A DNA stretch of 64,000 nt from Massalongia carnosa (taxonomy: Eukaryota). The translations under genes were made by a program, and so were the position numbers. The stretch lies in NCBI GenBank assembly GCA_965645245.1, contig OZ287074.1, positions 1,240,001 through 1,304,000 of the forward strand, written 5' to 3'. Every line of letters begins with the position of its first letter. Position 1 is the first letter of the stretch. The notes beneath the pieces are model-generated. The model was not told the origin of the DNA. It did not search any database and saw nothing but the letters and a program-made list of their open reading frames with translations. Below are positions 11,992-24,761 of the stretch, in pieces.

Positions 11992-14900
11992 ATGTCATCT
12001 ATCGACCATGGTCACGAGCGCGAGACAGCCGAATCACCGGCTGAGCAGTCAGGAGTAGAAGGCGACGCTGGGTCAGATACCGAGATAGCCAAAGGTTTAA
12101 CAACAGATACTACAAACCAGGATGTATCTGAAGACAAGCATCATGCGCGCTCCAACTCCGTCAAGAGGCCTATCACTTTCAAAGCAGTCTCGGTGACTAA
12201 AAACTTCCTGGCGAAAGCTGGCACGCCCACTCCAACCAACAAAAGTAATGGCGATAAAGGTACTACCATCAGCGAATGAAACTCGACTTGAAGAGCTAAT
12301 AATAATAGCACTGTCAGCTACGACAACCTCTGGAAACACCGTCACCCCAACCCCTCGCCCCCGACTCGTCGCTAAGTCTGCCAGCAGTCAACAGGCCTCG
12401 GCGCCCAAGTCTATGAATTCCGCGTCCAAAAATGTGAATGGTTCTGGACCGGACCCCAATCAAGTATGGAACCGCAATAGGCGTATGCACCCGTGTTCCT
12501 CGATATTGTATCACATGCTAACCTGGTGTTCTAGCCGCTCCGCAAGCAGCACCTAAGCATTTCACAGACGAGGAGCTAAAACAGCAGTATGGAATACATC
12601 TTGCCACCCGATTACAGGCCGATGTGGACGGGAAGGAGGCCAAATGGGCCGATATTGACGATGACGAGGATGATTGGGCCCCGGAAACAATCGAGTGGAA
12701 CGATGGCACCAAGATAACCCTTTCTCACACCGATTCTGCTGCTGTTCTTGCAGAAGAACAAGCGGCCGCACAGGCTCTGAAAGAGCGACAGGAGGAACAG
12801 AACAGAGCTAAAATGCCACCCCCGAAATCTACTAGTACCGTTGGACCAAATGCAACGGTTCTTCGACTTGGCGCGGGTGGAACTCCAAGGACAGGAGGAC
12901 TTGTCTTGAAAAATCCTTCAGACAAGCCAACCTTGGTCGCAAAACCATCCGCGCCCGCCCCTGTAAGATCGCCTTGGGCTCAATTACCACCGGTTGACAA
13001 GGTTCCTCCTATCCCAATCAACCCAACAGCACAATCGCCAGCGTCTAGGTTCCAACAACCGGATTCTCACGGACCCGAAGGCACTTCAACTCCAACTTCA
13101 GCAGCCATGGAAATTGCAGCCGATTCTTTTACTCGCACTCGACGAGACAGTCCAAATGGAGGCCCTGGGCAACTGTACAACTCGCAATCTGGGCAGTATG
13201 AAACAGTCAGTGCTCCACGCCGGAGTTCAATGCGCAAGGATCAAAACTTCAGACCACCATCACTGTTACAGCGTCCCCAACATAACGACCAACATGGACC
13301 AGCAGAGCCTTCCGCTGCCTTTCAGACTCATAGGGGGCACCAGCAAGAAGCAACCCTGTGGAACAGGCGCACATCGTCTACGGTCAGCGGAGATAGCAGT
13401 ACCCCAGGTCGAAGGGCATCCATGAGCAAAGGTTCCGATATTCCTCGAATTCCTCATGAGCTTCTTCAGCAACGCCGGGAATCGCAGCCTTTGCAATCTC
13501 CCTTGACTCCCGGGCCAGGGCAGGGCCGGTTCTCCCAAGAGAACGCTGCAACCTCGCAGCCCTCGCCCCAGACGAATGCCTTGTCCGTCGAGGCAAATAC
13601 TTCAACTTCGCCACAGCAATCGAAGCCATTACCTTATGGGGCATCGACGGCTTCTCGAACGCTGAACGATGTAGCGGCTCAGAAGCAGCTCATGCGTGAA
13701 AAGCGCGAGTTGGCAGTAAAGCGAAAGAAAGAGGAGGAGGAGAAAGGAGAAGCGGAGAAGAGGGAGAGAATCCGGATAAAGATGGAGGCATTGGGACTAC
13801 CTCCACTAACGGAGAAAAAAGAACTGGAGAAAGTCATACCACTGACGAAGGTAGTCGATCATCGGGAACCCGAGAAACCCATGATTGAGCCAACGGGGAC
13901 AGAATCGAAGGAATCGAACGAGGAGAAAATCCAGCCTTCGACTATGTCACCAGCAGTACCCGCGCCTGCACCTCGTTCTCCTCCAAAACCACCTGTACTC
14001 GACACATCCGGAGCGCCAAAGCAATATGGTCTTATAAAAATGCATGGACCAGCCTTAAGTAATGGCGTACAGCCCAGTGGGGAACGTCAGGTTCCAGACG
14101 CTTCAAAGCCTCTGGGGCCAGCTCATCAGCGTGCACCGTCCAGTAGCGAGGTTTCTGGTGAGGAAATTCAGGCCGCGTCTCAACTAAAAATAAATGGGGA
14201 CATCAGTAGCAAGCGACTCGATTCTCAAGTCCCTTCTTCACCTGAAACTCGGAACCAAGACTTGTTCAAAGTACCAAGGCAACAACAACCGTGGAAAAAT
14301 ATCCAGAACGATCCCGACCCATATACGGGATGGAATAGTGCAGGTATGACAACACACTCGACACCAGGTGGTAATTTATGGGGTCCACCAACCAATTTCA
14401 AGTCTCTGGGAAACGGGACATTTGATCGAAGTGTGCAAAGACCACAATCGAGACAGCCTCCATACCAAGAACATTATATGCAGCCACCTCCTCAGCCAAT
14501 AGGGCCTCCCAAACACCTCCAAAGACCTCGCGAGTCTCCGGAACCATCACGTACGCCAGATCCCATAAGTGCTGCACCGATAGCAGAAGACTTTCAAACA
14601 ATTCCGACGTTTCCATCATCAGAAGCGCCAAGAGCTCCGCCCATCAGTCGTGGCAGTATGAAAAGTCAATCTAACAGTAGCGAGAATCTTCTTGCTGTAC
14701 GGCCTCAACCTAGTCCTGCTGCTCAGACGCAGCCCGAGGTGGAGGTTCAGCGACCTTTGCGTAGCCAAGAACCACCGCGGTCAGCTCTAGCTGCTTGGAG
14801 TAACTTCCACATTACTTCAGCACGAGAAGAGGCAGAGAAAAACCGACAAGATGCGCAGGAGTATGCAGCTCGACTTGCAGAGGAAGCCAAGTCAGGTGTT

Positions 14901-16088
14901 CGACATGAACCTCAGGTGCCAGTTATGAATGAGACATGGCGCCAGGTCAAAATCGATGACGAGGCTGGCCGACGGCAAGTTGTTAGCGTGGCCAAAAACT
15001 TGCATGGACAGATGCCTAGTCAGCAAGTCAATAAAGAGGCAAGTAATTCTCCTTTCGCCACTGCCTCAGGTACAATTGTAGGCGCGGGTCGAGGTTCTCG
15101 CTTCTTCCCAGGAGCTGGTCAAGGGATTCAAGCACAAGCACTGAGGGCGGTAAGCTATCCTTCTGGTTTCATTCGCCAAGGGTCGCCCCCACCTCCAGAT
15201 TCTCCCGATCATCCAGCCTATTACCGTGACCAGCTGCGACCGTTGGTGAACTTACCTTATCTGAAGCCAAAACCTACCGTCAGGTTACCGCCGTCATTCG
15301 CTACACCAGTACATTCGCCGGTTATGGCAGATGTGCAGATTGTACCACTACGAGCGGTTTCGCAGCCTTTGGTGAATAATCCGTCTTGGCAAGATAGGTT
15401 CAGAGGACTGCTAGGAGGCAAGAGACCTTCACCAGAAAAGAAATCCACGTATGCTATGGAGTTTTCGGCCACAACAAAGGTGCCTTTAGATGTACCAACT
15501 GTTCAGACCTCAACAGCTGTCTCGCTTCCTCAGAAGGAGGATGAGAGAATCGAGGTGCAAGATAATGGGGAGATCTTTTCGAGACTTATCGAAGAGGAAG
15601 AAGCACTCTTCGAGAATCGCGAGTTCGGTTCCTTGATCACTGTCCTAATACCGACCGAGGTACCGAGCGCTGTCGGACGGAAGAGCGGCAAGATCCAGAA
15701 CAAAGAGCCGGTTCAGGCCATAGATGCCGAGAGCATAAAGTATCTTCAGGAGAAGGGGGTTGGATTATCCACCGGATCAGTCATTTATGTCAAGATAAGT
15801 GGAATGGAGATGAGGAAACCCAAGACAATGCGGCGGTCGAAAGGTTATGGTCCAAATCAAGGTCCACAACGTAATAACACTCGACAAGCCCCAGTGAACC
15901 TCAAAGGAGGCAGAGGATACAAACAAAGAGACAGCTCCGGGAGTTACGGTGCCCCCCCAAAATCGGCACATCAGAATAACAATCAGAGGACCCCGATGCC
16001 TAACGGCGTGAACCCTCAAACAAGAACTCCGTTCGGCAAACACAACCCGAATTGGGGCCTCAATCAACGGGTCGCGAACCCGGTCTAA
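11992..16088 (+). CDS. Large low-complexity P/Q/S-rich conserved fungal protein of unknown function, 3 exons
   Basis: 1154-codon exon plus two upstream exons; 'FKAVSVTKNFLAK', 'KQQYGIHLATRL', 'KWADIDDDEDDWAPETIEW' blocks; charged coiled coil. Confidence 0.75.
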
Positions 16089-17069
16089 GAGAATATTACC
16101 GCCTGGCGATGGATTGCATCCTCGTGGATATTTTCTCTACGTTAGAGCGGTCTGGCTGTCCTGAGAGGCGGTTGTAATCTCAGATCCTTATCAAGAGCAT
16201 GGTCTTAAAGCTTGCCCCGTCGAAAGGATTGGACACCAGGTATCCTTTCCGTCTCCACACCACAGGCCCAAATATGTCGCAACCTTCAATAGCCTTGATT
16301 TCACTAGGTTGGGGAATAGACACTATCAGACGAGTGGGGGAGAAATCATACTGCTCTTATCATCAGTCAGCGTAGGGACGCTTTGAAGTGCTATTTCATA
16401 CAACCATGGCTAAGAAGCCAAAGGGAGGAAGGCAGGAGTGATGGACTTGTTTTGGGGCCATTGTTGTTATGTTGTTTTCCTCCCATCTCCCCACCCCCTC
16501 TCCCTCGTCTTCAAACATCACGCAACCCACTTCAACCCCCCGCTTTTATTCTACCACTAGTTTGTTCCCAAACAAGGCGCTCTATCGCTGTGGCAGTTCA
16601 TACAAGCACGATGGACACGGAGGGATTTGTTTCTTGTAGCTACATTTATCTACGGTAGCCTCCTCTATGTTAAGTCATTGAAGAAACACGAGATCGAGTA
16701 CCTTTCCCCCCCTTCTCCTCGCCTCTTTTCCCTGTTGATTTCCGCGAGACAGCGAGTGTATGCACGTAGAGATTGGCAATTTAGTCACCAGATACCAAGA
16801 CAAATCTTTGCAAGAAAGGGAGGCGGACGAGAAATTTTAGTTACATATCGTAATGGATTTCCGTTTAAATCTTGCATACCTAGTAGGGATAAACGCGATT
16901 GCTGAGTAGTGCGTTCGAGTGAAGCGATTTCTGTATCAGAGAGGGGAAGAGGAGAAGTTTGTCATTTCCTTTTCAGGTTAGCGTATGTTTAAATAAAAGT
17001 CTATTAGTTATGATCCCTGCTTTGCGCTAACTATAGGAGGAATTATGAAATTCTGTGCACCATCCTACC

Positions 17070-17121
17070 AGGCTAACCAAATCCGGCTTGAAATTAATTT
17101 CGTGCCGGATTTGGTTAGCCT
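17070..17121. repeat. 52-bp near-perfect palindrome/hairpin
   Basis: AGGCTAACCAAATCCGGC-TT-GAAATTAATTTC-GT-GCCGGATTTGGTTAGCCT. Confidence 0.9.
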
Positions 17122-20100
17122 AGTTAGTATTCCTATCCTTCATTCAACATTTCTTAGTATGCATACGAGGAAGACACTCTCTGCTCTGAAAAGACTGGTA
17201 CTCGATCATCTTATTCTCCTACCGTGTTTTCAGATCATCCATCCTTCGCTCATTCTTCCTTCGAAGAAAAACTTATAAGGAAGGTTCTAACTCCATTCCA
17301 TGGCTGTTCTTTCATTGATTCTCCCATCCAGCGCTGCATAGTGATTGAGCTACCGGCGTCAGGTGTTCCCTCTGGCTTCTTTTGATTTGAGGGGCTTGTC
17401 ATGCTAGGCCAATTCCGATACAGCCTATGCTCGACGGTGGAGCCAAGAGGAACGTTTGACTATGGGGTTTTGTTAGTTTTCTACCTTAGTCTACCTCGGG
17501 GTTCTCTTATCGAAATGCTAACATCTTTACTAGTTTTTTTTTCATCTTATCATCAGTTTTCAGCCATGCTCCAGTGTCTTGCTTGCTCGAGTCACGCTGC
17601 TGGTCACACTGGCTAGACATTGGGAAGATGTTTTGCACCTGCGATGGCTCAGTATTGCTAAACACTCTTTGACCACGAACATGATTATGCAAATTCCAAC
17701 GTACTTGATCGATTTCTATGGCTATTGAGGGATAGTCTGCTTTTATGAACGAGCCCTGCCATCTGTCCATTACGTCTGCCCTCTCGTCCCAGGAATTGAT
17801 ATGGACTTTTTGTTTATCTGAGTAGACTAAGCTACGTTGTGAAAGGGGATTTATGTCCCTTTTGATAGACTAAAAATGCTGCATCCTTTTTTCCTAAGCA
17901 GGGTTATTTCCTATTTGGGTAATGCATGTTGCAACAGCCAACCGAGTGGCACATCCACTCAACAACAAGCACAGGGTTACATCGGCCTCATGCAACTTGA
18001 AATTCAAAAGGTCTACGTCCCTTTACCTTCTTTCAACGATCAGCTTTTCCATCCTTCATTGTCATCTTTTGTAAACTATCTTGCTTTGCTAGGTAAAATC
18101 CGAAAAGCCTTCTAGCAATTAAGTCTGTACAAAAATCTCATCAAGCCAAGGATGGCTTCTCTATACTTACAACCCACTGCGAATGAGCCGTCACAGCGTC
18201 ACCGCGCACGGCGAATATCTGACGAAGAATGGGAAGTTTGGCGTGAAAAGCTAGTATGGCTTTATAAAGAAAACAACTCATCACGCGAACAGATAATCGA
18301 CATTATGGCGAAAGATTGCAGCTTCGTGATAACGTAAGAACGGATGTTGCTTTGTCTTAAAAATCGAGGTTTTAAAACTTTCTGAATAACTAAAGATCTA
18401 TAGGGACAAACAACTCAGGCATCGATTTCAGAAGTGGGATGTTAAAAAGTATATCCCTGACAAAGACATGAATATCATGTTATCAGTTAAGAGGAAATGT
18501 CAGGTAGAAGGCAAAGACGTAAAATTTCAATACCAGAGTCATTATGTTGAACAGGAGAGAATAGAACGCGCGGACAAGAGACAGAAAAGACCACTTCTCC
18601 CTCCAATGGGCAAGTGCCATGTTTTTGAAAACGACTTGAATCTGAATCGACTTTACAGTCATTCCGTCGTATATCAAGATTGATACTTCGCCGCATCAGA
18701 ATACCGAAACGGCTAGAAATATTGCTTCAGTTAATCGTGCCGGCATTGGCGACAGCTTAGGGGTGTCAAGTTCCTGCATTCCACTTTGCGGTTCCTACGA
18801 TAGAAGCCAGGAGCTGGGCTTCACCTTCAACACCATGGTCAGTTTGAATTCTGGCGGGAACTTGAAGCTATCCGATGGTCATGACTTCACTGAGGTTCCC
18901 TTAACATCGGGCGACACATTCATGTCTGACGTCTCTGATATATCGTTTTCACAATCTCCCAAGATGAGCTCCAGGGGTAATAATATGCAGAACACCCGCA
19001 CAGCGCACGAATACAGTGATATTCCACTCATGCGGCGACGTGTGTTACTCGGCGAAAGTTCCGCACTGCGCTCGGGTAGAGAAAATAGCCCTTCTACTTC
19101 CGAGATTTCATGGTCTGCATGGCTGAAAACCCAAGTCTACGACCGTCAAGTGGAATATCCGATTCTGCCATTCAGCCTTCTCAGCCCATGAAGCCGAATC
19201 GCCTTGTTTCCAGCGGAGATGCCTTGTCAAACGAAGAGCTCACAAGCAACATCGTCCTTCGAGATGTGAACGGAGAATGCGGCCTGGTCGTGGTGGACGC
19301 TTGGCTGACTAATGCAAATCTTGGTCAAGTCATCTTTCAAGGCACAAATCCTGAAAAAATTATATTACCGCTGGAGCTATTGAGGTCACAATTCTTCGAA
19401 TGCTTAGACAGCCCCTCGTGTTCTTTCGTCCCGAATAGTTTATTGAAGTTGGTGAATAACGAGTGGCTACGTTACGGGTTTGAAGATTTGCTTTGCTGGG
19501 GTTATCGAGGCCTCTACTCGTACAAAAGCTATTCGGCAACGCCAGGTGGCAAGAAAGGCGCATGGATCAAGCACCAGCCCAATTTTCTTAACAGACGAAC
19601 CTCTCAAAAGTATCGAGTGGTCAATCCCCAATGAACCAACAAGCACAAAAGATAAAGTTGCATCTAGGCAAAATGTAAAGCACCCTAACTATTGGCATCG
19701 CTTGCCGTTGGGCGTGCTCAGTATATAGCTTATACAGCGTCAAAGGAGGTTATGAACGTTCTTGATGAGGAGCTTCTATGGAAGCTTAAAATATCCTTTA
19801 TGCCTAAAGCTAGTGGGCGAACGACTGGGGTCTCCGTTACTTTTCACAAGGTGTGGGATGCTTATCGAAAGCCTCCACATCCTCTCGCTGTCATTCTAGC
19901 ACCCCCCAAGCTAATCTATATTGGACTAGCTTCCGCACCGATGAGTCATCAGAACAAAGAATACTATTCGGTCATTCAAACAAAATAAATCACATAAATC
20001 ACTATTCTTCTAGCTTCGGAATTGATATTATAAGTATGACGCTCAATGAAGAAGAAATCCCGAGTGTTTCAGACAAATCTCCCATTCCAGCGAAGCAACA

Positions 20101-20982
20101 TAAAATAAATCGCAAAAGAAGTGTTCGAGATATTTTAATCTACCTTCCCCCTATTTTCTCAAAATATACCCCCATTCGGGTTGAAAACTGGCCTTTTGTT
20201 CCGCTCGTTGAAAACGATTCTCGAAATCCTTTGGGATTATTTCGGTTATTTATAACAAGGCAGCATTGTCGTATCATCGCAAATCATACCAATATCAAGG
20301 CATATAACTACATGGAAAAGGAGAAGGAGAACAATCATCGGATTTGGACTGACACTACTGACTCGGAAATAGAGGTTTTTTTGGGCATAATAATTCTTAT
20401 GAGAATCGATTATCTACCTGCTACAGAGGATTATTGGAATCAACGTCCTGACAAACCAGTCATCATGCCCATTCTGTCCGCAATGTCGCTTGGTCGATTT
20501 CAACAAATCAAACGATTTTTGAAAATCAATAATGGACGGACTGAGCCTATCGGACTTGGTCAAGGACCTGATTGGTGAAAGAAACTGGAACCGTTGGCTA
20601 CTGATTTCCGAAAGACTTCATTGAAACATTGCAGACCAGGAAGTATGATATCTATAGATGAACAGCTGGATGTTATTCAAGGACCATTCTCGACATACCT
20701 TGCAGATTACTACAAAAAGTGCCCATAAAGGATTCAAAATCTACAGTCTCTGTAAGGATAATTATCTATTATCATTTATATTTGCCTCGAAAAGTAGCAG
20801 AATAAGTGAATTGAAAACAGTCAGACAATTGGGACTTTTGCCAAAAGATAAACTAACTCCTAGTGCTTTGCTAGTGATTCAGTTATGTAAAGAACTTTCA
20901 TCCTCACTGAATTATCATCTTTTCTGTGATAATTTCTTTACTATTACGAAATTATTCAATGCACTTCGATCAATCGGAATAG

Positions 20983-21837
20983 TGTGGCGGGGTCACACGT
21001 GCTATATAGATGATCAGGTGACAGGACAGGCCTGTGCAGCCGAGAGTCGGGATAAAAGGGGCTTTTTGCTGTCGTTTTCTCCTGCACCTTTACATCTCCA
21101 CACATACATCTCTTCACATCTCTACATATACATCTCGACACACATCATCTTTGTCACATAGTCATAGTGACAACACATTCATTTGTGCAGTCGTCTAGTC
21201 GAGTTCTGTCACGGACAAGGTCCAGATAGGGAGATATGCAAGAGTTACTATTAGAAAGCTAGGTCTAGGGATAGTATACAAGACGTCCGACGAAGAGCTC
21301 CAAACACCTGAGAAACTACATAAGTTTTATAGCGATGGCTTCCAACTCCCCTATTCTTGACTTGCCCTCATCTCTGTTCCTGTTCTAATTTCCTAACCAT
21401 GATCGCTTTGACCTGTTCCGCCTTTCTCCATGCCGAAGCAACCTCTCTCTGCTGGGCAATCCCAGTCGTAGGCTTGAATAGTGGAGACGTTGAGATTGGA
21501 TTCGGGATATAGGAGTTTGGGAGTGCACTGAAGGCAGCGGAAGAACGTCTGAACACATGGGGTGAGGTTTCAGGATAGTTCGGAATAACGGGCCACGGTT
21601 CCATTCAACATGCAGGGTGGCAGGGTAGGTTTCACGGCAAGAGAGCCTGTTAAATACTAACCCGATCAGGAAACGTGGGAGGGTGCGAGGTAATTCCATG
21701 ACAAGTTCTTCACATGTTCATGCAGTCGTAGACTCATTCGATCATTTGTGGGTGTTCACTGCTCAGTTGGCCATCTATCTATCACGTCGCACCTCCTTCC
21801 ATTAGCACGCATCTTTGCCATTCATCACCCCGTCTCA
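20983..21837. mobile_element. Solo LTR A (~353 bp net) inserted in the transposase
   Basis: TG...CA ends with imperfect IR (TGTGGCGGGG / CCCCGTCTCA); ATAG duplicated at 20979-20982 and 21838-21841; removal restores 'SIGIAASGTAKKG'. Confidence 0.85.
21207..21703. mobile_element. Solo LTR B (497 bp) nested in solo LTR A
   Basis: TGTCACGGA...TCCATGACA ends; 5-bp TSD AGTTC at 21202-21206 and 21704-21708. Confidence 0.9.
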
Positions 21838-23795
21838 ATAGCTGCCAGTGGAACTGCTAAAAAGGGCTCGGGCTTTCCAGAAGAATTGTTGGCCATACGG
21901 GACGTCACTTCAAAAGGAAAAGACTGGGGTCTTCAGGCCCATATGGTGGTCGACGATAAGGTGCTTTGTATGGGCTGAGTGAAGAATAATGGTGTGCAGT
22001 ACATGACCATCGGTCATTCTCCTCAGGACTTGTACGAAATGCACCATATCAATCCGCACAAGAGATATGGAATTCCCGAGACCTCTCTTCAATCTATTGT
22101 ATCGTATTTCTCATCAACTCTGGCTCACTTCATTCTCTTGCTCAATCAAGAGGTTCAACGATCCTTAGGATTATCGATATCAGCCTCAATCAAAGAGTAT
22201 AATCTTCATATGGAGGGATCGAATGAAAACGCTCAGCAACGAGCGATTTACTCATACAATCGTCGAACGGATCGTCACTGGTGATCTTTGTTCATTTTTA
22301 TTTTAGATGCAGCCGGATTGAATGTCTATAAACTTTACTCGCTGAACTCTTTCGATTCCGCGAGAAGACTCGGGATAGTCCCACAGCGAAAATCATTCCA
22401 AATTAGGACTAGCTACAAGCCACCTCCCCATACTAGGGGACTGTCCCGAGTCTTTTCGGAAACCGTAGGTGCTGTGATCCACGAACCTCCACGTGTCCTG
22501 GTCATAACATGACACGAATTTTATCTTCTTATCTAGCTTGTCTAAACCAGACTGGCAGCCAGCTGATTCTATAATAATGTACGTAATTCGGTACATTTCA
22601 AGTCCTAATACCGAGACCGAGCGAAGACTGACCGTGGATAGCCGATGAAGGCCGGAGAAAAGGAGGGATGATGTTCTTTGACAGTCTTGAGGTTTTGGCA
22701 CCACCCCGCTTCTTGATATCAGGCGTATAGCTAGATGGAATCTTCTCCTCATTGCAGGTGAGAACCCCAGTGAAATCAGATGTCAGCAGGGCAGCGGCGG
22801 CAAGTGAGTTGCCCTATCAAAGATATCAAATGTATATTTTCAGTCGTCACGATCGAGCTCGCTAATCTCCCTTTTATTAGACTTGATGCATCGAAAGCAT
22901 TTCCTTTGCGTAGATCTAGAGTTCTTGTCTAGAGTGCCCTCGCCTGAGCTAAGCAAGAACCTGCTGATTAAATAAATGATGAACATGTTGGATCAACAGA
23001 TCCAAAATTCTTCTCTAGCCTGCGCTTATCTGAACTAAACAATAGCCTGCTGATCAAGCAAGTAATGAGCGTGGTTGGATTGATTTTTATTCAGCCTTCG
23101 ACCCCATCCCCCACTTCGCTTTTTACTGTCTCATCTTCCTTGAGTTTAGATAATTAAATAGACATTGTATTCACTTCTTTATTGTTACTTCTCATCAATA
23201 TCAAGACATTCAAGCATCATCTACAACTTCCTCTTATTCTTCACCTTTGAGAATTTAAACCAAGTTATCTCAGCACAATTCTTGTCAAAATTTTACGTCG
23301 AGGAAATCGTAACAAAAGGAGGGTCAGAGAGTGTTCATCTTCTACTGAGATATCTTTCCCTTCTTCAGATGTCACACCTTCGCCAGTATCTACTCCGAAG
23401 TCGTCTTCAGAGCACACGGATATACCAGATTCTTCCAAAACACACACGAATTTCAAAGAGTCCTCTTTTCCACTAGATGCCACATCATCGTCAGATTCGA
23501 CTCCGAAGTCGTCTTTGAATCACTCAGATATACCAAACTCTTTCAACACGAACCGGTTTCCCAAGAGCCAAAAACAAACGGATGAGAATCCATTCTCAAG
23601 ACTTCGCCTAATCTGCTTGCGAACGTAGATTGGGAAAGAATCTACTGACATTCACTCAATTCGACAAAAATTATGCAAGTACTCGGCATCCTGAAGACGA
23701 ATGAAGCGAAGAGTGTAGCTCAATTCTGGGTGATTGATTCTATTTTGAATGTCAACCTGGTATAGACCTCTTATCCCACATGGAATGTCAAGATC

Positions 23796-24281
23796 TTGTT
23801 GAGTGATATCGATCAAAAACTCCTTATCGATAAGCTACAGGCTCACAGTGTGCTGAGGAAATCGTGGTCGGGAGAGTCGATAGCTGATTATCTACAAGTC
23901 TCGTCCAATAAAGAGCGGGTGAACCCGCGAATAGAAATCTTGAAAGATGAGGATATTCGTGATAAGATGCGAAGGCTTTGCGAGTCCGATCGCTTTCCTT
24001 TTACCTACGACGGCATGGACGATGAGGACCCAAACCCGGGCCACGAAATAGACGATTTTATGGCCGGCCAGACTGTAGCGGTTGAATTTCAGGTGCACTT
24101 TCGGAATTTCCGAACACCAAAAAGACCTGAAGGTGCGGTAGATTACTCGTTCCGTCTTCAGAGCATTTACCTTGTTCGGGATCCGTTGCCAGAGATGTCT
24201 ACGCCGAGGAAAAGGAGGCGTGACCTTGACGATTCGATGTTGATTACATCACCGAGAACTAAATCATCCAGAGTTAGTTGA
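23796..24281 (+). CDS. Transposon cargo ORF of unknown function (C-terminal part of a longer disrupted gene)
   Basis: 161-codon ORF with globular composition; the same frame continues upstream past a TAG at 23763; lies between the TIRs. Confidence 0.55.
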   Translation: MLSDIDQKLLIDKLQAHSVLRKSWSGESIADYLQVSSNKERVNPRIEILKDEDIRDKMRRLCESDRFPFTYDGMDDEDPNPGHEIDDFMAGQTVAVEFQVHFRNFRTPKRPEGAVDYSFRLQSIYLVRDPLPEMSTPRKRRRDLDDSMLITSPRTKSSRVS

Positions 24282-24761
24282 AACCCTTTGGAATAGTGGG
24301 TGATAAAAAGGCAAGAGGATTGATAGGAGAGCTTGTCTTCATGGCCCCGATGAGAGTTTGCTTTTGACAAGATTTTGATCGGTCAATGTTGGCGTTTGAC
24401 GCTGAAAGTTCGCTGTTTTATATGTGTCTTTTTATTCTTATCAGGTATTCCTATAAGTACCCAGCAAGCGCCCGTGGGACTTACAATATGTGCCTGTATT
24501 GATGGTGGCCTGATCATCTAACAGATGATAGTCTAGTCTTCTAGCAACTGCAAACTTTCGTACGCTCCTTCCCTCTTTCCATCCATGGGTCCGCAGCGAT
24601 ACTAGCAGTTAGACTAGTCATTGAACTCGCAATCGAATTAGCCATAGGTCAGTTAGTTCGATCTTATCTAGGTGCAAAAGAATTAGCGAGCGGATCAGTC
24701 ATCTGCTTTTCTCAATCATCAAATTTCTGAAGCAAGCGCGCAAATATAATATCATCGTTTC

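Larger units (their letters stand above)
20036..22512 (+). pseudogene. piggyBac-type DDD transposase (DDE_Tnp_1_7-like), inactivated
   Basis: 'PLGLFRLF', 'EIEVFLGIIILM...EDYW', 'MSLGRFQQIKRFL', 'SIDEQL', 'GFKIY', 'FCDNFF', 'YNLHMEGSN' (third D lost); stops at 20576, 21976, 22282; frameshift ~20668; LTR insertion. Confidence 0.9.
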
